This document shows, piece after piece, positions 60,365-64,000 of a DNA stretch of 64,000 bases (within the stretch, counting starts at the first letter, position 1; each line of letters starts with the position of its first letter). Location: NCBI GenBank assembly GCA_965216465.1, contig CBDCFW010000005.1, positions 160,001-224,000 of the forward strand, in the 5' to 3' direction. The position numbers and the translations under genes are program-made. Below the pieces are notes generated by a model that did no database searches, was not told the DNA's origin, and was given only the letters and a program-made list of their open reading frames with translations. Source of the stretch: Bacteroidia bacterium. GTDB taxonomy: Bacteria; Bacteroidota; Bacteroidia; NS11-12g; UBA9320.

Positions 60365-62824
60365 ATGACATTTGATAATAGATTTACACTTGTAGACGAT
60401 TTTCTAGGCGATGAGGATGGTACTGAGATCATTTCAGTAGTTGCAGATAGCGATTTTGAAGATGACAATAAAGGTGACTATCCTGCGAACCTGCCAATAT
60501 TACCTTTAAGAAATACAGTACTCTTTCCAGGGGTTGTATTTCCGGTAACAGTTGGCCGCGACAAATCGATTAAGCTTATTAACGACGCCTACAAAACGGA
60601 TAAAACAATAGGAGTTGTAGCACAAAAAGATCAAGCTACAGAAGACCCTCGACCTCAAGATATTTACAAGACCGGTACCTTGGCCCGTATTGTAAAACTG
60701 CTTAAAATGCCCGATGGTAATATTACAGTTATCATTCAAGGCAAGCGTAAGTTTGAGTTAACAGAGGTAACTGAAGAACATCCTTATTTGAGAGCAAATA
60801 TTACCGGTATATCTGAAGCAAAAGCTGAAGAAGGCAAAGAAACAAACGCCACTGTTGACAGCATTCGAGAACTGGCTTCTAAGATTGTAGAGATTTCTCC
60901 TAACATCCCTTCAGAGGCCAACTTTGCACTTAAAAATATCAACTCTCCTAACTTCTTGGTGAACTTTATTTCATCAAACTTAAATGTATCTGTTGATGAA
61001 AAACAAGAGATTTTGGAGCAAGATTCGTTTAGCAACAAAGCAAATCGTGTTTTGATGCATCTTGACAAAGAGTTGCAAGTTCTTGAACTTAAAAACAAGA
61101 TTCAAAGCAAGGTAAAAGTTGATCTTGACCAACAGCAAAAAGAGTATTACCTGCAACAACAAATCAGAGCCATTCAAGAAGAACTAGGTCACGATTCTCC
61201 GGATAAAGAAATTGAGAACCTAAGAGCTCGAGGTCTGAAAAAGAAATGGAACGAAAAAGTTGCCAAAGCGTTTAATAAAGAACTCGATAGATTACTTCGT
61301 ATGAATTCGGCAACTCCAGATTACTCTGTGAGTTTGAATTATGCGGAAACGCTACTTGAACTTCCGTGGAACGAGTTTAGCGACGACAACTTCGACCTTA
61401 AAAACGCACGTAAGGTTCTAGATGCTGATCACTTCGGTCTTGAAAAGGTTAAAGAAAGAATTCTCGAATACTTGGCCGTTCTTAAACTAAAGGGCGACAT
61501 GAAAAGTCCTATACTTTGTCTATACGGCCCTCCAGGTGTTGGTAAAACATCACTTGGTAAGTCTATTGCCAAAGCTATGGGAAGAGAATATGTTCGAATG
61601 AGCTTAGGAGGTCTTCATGACGAAGCTGAACTTAGAGGTCACCGTAAAACCTACATTGGTGCGATGCCCGGTCGAATTATTCAGAGTTTGAAAAAAGCGG
61701 GAACCAGCAATCCAATTTTTGTTTTAGATGAGATTGATAAAATCGGAAATGACTTCAGAGGAGACCCTTCTTCTGCCCTTCTCGAAATTTTAGATCCTGA
61801 ACAAAACAATGCTTTTCACGACAATTATGTTGAATTAGACTATGACCTAAGCAATGTGTTGTTTATTGCAACTGCTAACAGACTTGACACCATACAGCCC
61901 GCATTGCGTGACCGTATGGAGATAATCGATATCAGTGGTTATACGGTTGAAGAAAAAGTTGGAATTGCTAAAAAGCACCTCTTACCTAAACAGAAAAGAG
62001 AGCACGGATTAAAAGCTAATCAATTGAAGTTGGCGGATAAAACTTTAGAAAAGGTTATCGAAGAATACACACGAGAAAGTGGAGTAAGAACACTCGATAA
62101 GCGTCTTGCTAAAATTAGTCGCCACCAGGCTAAAGAAATTGTTTACGAAAACAATCCAAAGCCAACGATAACCGCTAAACAAATTGAGGAGATATTAGGC
62201 TACGAAAAGATTGAAAAAGATCTTTACGAAAACAATGATGTTGCTGGTGTAGTTACTGGATTAGCGTGGACAAGTGTTGGAGGAGACATTCTTTTTGTTG
62301 AAAGCACGTTGACCAAAGGTAAAGGCAAGGTTACACTCACCGGACAACTGGGTGACGTTATGAAAGAAAGTGCTATCACAGCAACCACGTGGTTAAAGGC
62401 AAATGCAGATCAGTTTGGTATTGATCCATTGATATTTGACCAATATGACATCCACGTACACTTCCCAGCCGGAGCTGTACCAAAAGATGGACCAAGTGCT
62501 GGTATAACTATTCTTACATCTCTAGCTTCACTGATTACACAACGTAAAGTAAAAAGTAAGTTAGCGATGACTGGAGAGATTACCCTTCGTGGTAAGGTTC
62601 TTCCTGTCGGTGGAATAAAAGAGAAAATTTTGGCAGCAAAAAGAGCTGGTATTAAAGAAATCATTATGTGTAAAGCAAATAAGCGTGACATTGATGATAT
62701 AAAACCATCGTACATTTCAGATTTGAAATTTCACTTTGTAGAAAAAATGGAAGACGTGTTAAAGCATGCTCTTTTGAACCAAAAAGTGAAGGAGCATCGC
62801 ACGTTTGAAATAACAAAAGCCTAA
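60365..62824 (+). CDS. lon: Lon protease
   Basis: LPILPLRN-x-VLFPG, GPPGVGKTS, LDEIDK, PKDGPSAG, GGIKEKILAA. Confidence 0.98.
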   Translation: MTFDNRFTLVDDFLGDEDGTEIISVVADSDFEDDNKGDYPANLPILPLRNTVLFPGVVFPVTVGRDKSIKLINDAYKTDKTIGVVAQKDQATEDPRPQDIYKTGTLARIVKLLKMPDGNITVIIQGKRKFELTEVTEEHPYLRANITGISEAKAEEGKETNATVDSIRELASKIVEISPNIPSEANFALKNINSPNFLVNFISSNLNVSVDEKQEILEQDSFSNKANRVLMHLDKELQVLELKNKIQSKVKVDLDQQQKEYYLQQQIRAIQEELGHDSPDKEIENLRARGLKKKWNEKVAKAFNKELDRLLRMNSATPDYSVSLNYAETLLELPWNEFSDDNFDLKNARKVLDADHFGLEKVKERILEYLAVLKLKGDMKSPILCLYGPPGVGKTSLGKSIAKAMGREYVRMSLGGLHDEAELRGHRKTYIGAMPGRIIQSLKKAGTSNPIFVLDEIDKIGNDFRGDPSSALLEILDPEQNNAFHDNYVELDYDLSNVLFIATANRLDTIQPALRDRMEIIDISGYTVEEKVGIAKKHLLPKQKREHGLKANQLKLADKTLEKVIEEYTRESGVRTLDKRLAKISRHQAKEIVYENNPKPTITAKQIEEILGYEKIEKDLYENNDVAGVVTGLAWTSVGGDILFVESTLTKGKGKVTLTGQLGDVMKESAITATTWLKANADQFGIDPLIFDQYDIHVHFPAGAVPKDGPSAGITILTSLASLITQRKVKSKLAMTGEITLRGKVLPVGGIKEKILAAKRAGIKEIIMCKANKRDIDDIKPSYISDLKFHFVEKMEDVLKHALLNQKVKEHRTFEITKA

Positions 62825-64000
62825 GGAATCAGGTACTTAATCCAATCTGCAATTTCGTAGATTACCGTTTCGTTGACATTATTGGGTAGAAAATAGTCGT
62901 TTGGACTAGGTTTTTCTGCCTCTGTTGGGGTGAAGAGATGCGTAAGATTTGGAAAGCTTAGCATTCTTACATTGGCTTGATTGCCAACAGAATCCTTCCA
63001 AATATTAAAATCAACCATAGTGATTTGATAATCCTTCTCCCCCTGTAAGATTAAAAAAGGAGTTTCCGTATTTTCTTTTACCGTGGTCACTGGATTATAA
63101 TCCTCTATGCCCTTCCAAAAAGTGCCGGGCCAATAGGCCAATAGGTCATCTGAACTGGTATTTTCTGAATAGTTGCCTTCTCTGATTCGTTGAGCTTTCA
63201 GCTTGTTTTCTTCAATAATTTTTGCTTCCTCGGAAGATATGGTTCCATCAAAATTGGTCAGGTAGTCCATTTGATATTCAATAAGATCTTCTAATCGTCT
63301 GGCATTTGAAGACAATAGAACAGCTCCATCGAGCACGTCAAGTGAATCTGCAATCAATGGCATAGCGTAAGCACCCAAACTGTGTCCAAGCATAATCACT
63401 TTTCCAAAATGCAACGAAGTATCTGCTTGAATTGCATGGTAAGCTGCAATTGCATCGTCGATGGTTTCGTCGTATAAATCAAATTGGCCACCCATTAGCT
63501 CTGGATAAACATTAAATCTTTTATCGTATCTAAAACTGGCTATTCCTTTGCTTGCCAAGCCTAATGCTAAGTCTTTAAACACCTTGTTAGGACCGATGGT
63601 TTCATCTTTATCATTGGGTCCGCTGCCGTGCACCATAATTACTATGGGACAGCTATTACAGGTTACGGGAATGATTAATTCACCGTTCAATTCAAGGCTA
63701 TCGCTCTTGAACATAATGAATCGCTTGCCGGTCTTAAGCTCTTGGGCATAAGGCGGCAACGAGTAACCCATGATACTTATAAAGAGTCCAGAAATTTTGC
63801 CTTCTTCTGATTCTGAAACAACCAGTTTTAGTGCAGCTTCTTTAAGCTTGATTATTCCTGTTTGTGTGGTTCGACCATCTGACTCCTTTACTTGAATATC
63901 ATCTAAGCTAACGAACTTTCCAGCTTTAAGTTCCAAATCCTCCCAAGTTGATTTCAACTGATCCTTTGGAACACTGCTTTTCATTCGGTCATCGAAGCAA
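62821..64000 (-). CDS. DUF3887-type alpha/beta hydrolase, 5'-truncated by the window edge
   Basis: HGSGPNDKDE, RYDKR, GHSLG, QGEKDYQI, LTHLF. Frame stays open to the window end (...CFDDRMKS). Confidence 0.85.
   Translation of the reverse strand, partial: CFDDRMKSSVPKDQLKSTWEDLELKAGKFVSLDDIQVKESDGRTTQTGIIKLKEAALKLVVSESEEGKISGLFISIMGYSLPPYAQELKTGKRFIMFKSDSLELNGELIIPVTCNSCPIVIMVHGSGPNDKDETIGPNKVFKDLALGLASKGIASFRYDKRFNVYPELMGGQFDLYDETIDDAIAAYHAIQADTSLHFGKVIMLGHSLGAYAMPLIADSLDVLDGAVLLSSNARRLEDLIEYQMDYLTNFDGTISSEEAKIIEENKLKAQRIREGNYSENTSSDDLLAYWPGTFWKGIEDYNPVTTVKENTETPFLILQGEKDYQITMVDFNIWKDSVGNQANVRMLSFPNLTHLFTPTEAEKPSPNDYFLPNNVNETVIYEIADWIKYLIP

Overview
AT-rich core-chromosome segment of a Bacteroidota bacterium. 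The assignment rests on TAnnTTTG -7 promoter boxes, near-absence of Shine-Dalgarno (SD) sequences, T9SS type A and type B C-terminal domains, and Bacteroidota-type FtsK-LolA and carA-eno neighbourhoods. About 51 CDS, mostly housekeeping: argS (partial), folP, aroK, HU, gcvP, rfbC, uvrD/pcrA, ftsK, lolA, eno, carA, rpsA, pyrR, pyrB, ansA, gyrB, pfkA, lon. I saw no mobile elements, CRISPR arrays, tRNA or rRNA genes, or defence islands. Three small ORFs missing from the ORF track were read directly from the sequence. The most interesting signals are: (1) rpsA has a perfect SD, a TTG start overlapped by a 3-codon upstream ORF, and a C-terminal Rho_N-like domain; (2) a DUF1800/DUF1501 pair in which the DUF1501 protein carries both a twin-arginine motif and a T9SS sorting domain; (3) a beta-helix lipoprotein plus TonB receptor behind an 11-bp-phased Pho-box-like array; (4) an SPFH/small protein/Arc operon with a visible operator. 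All family assignments come from motif recognition by eye; no database searches were run.
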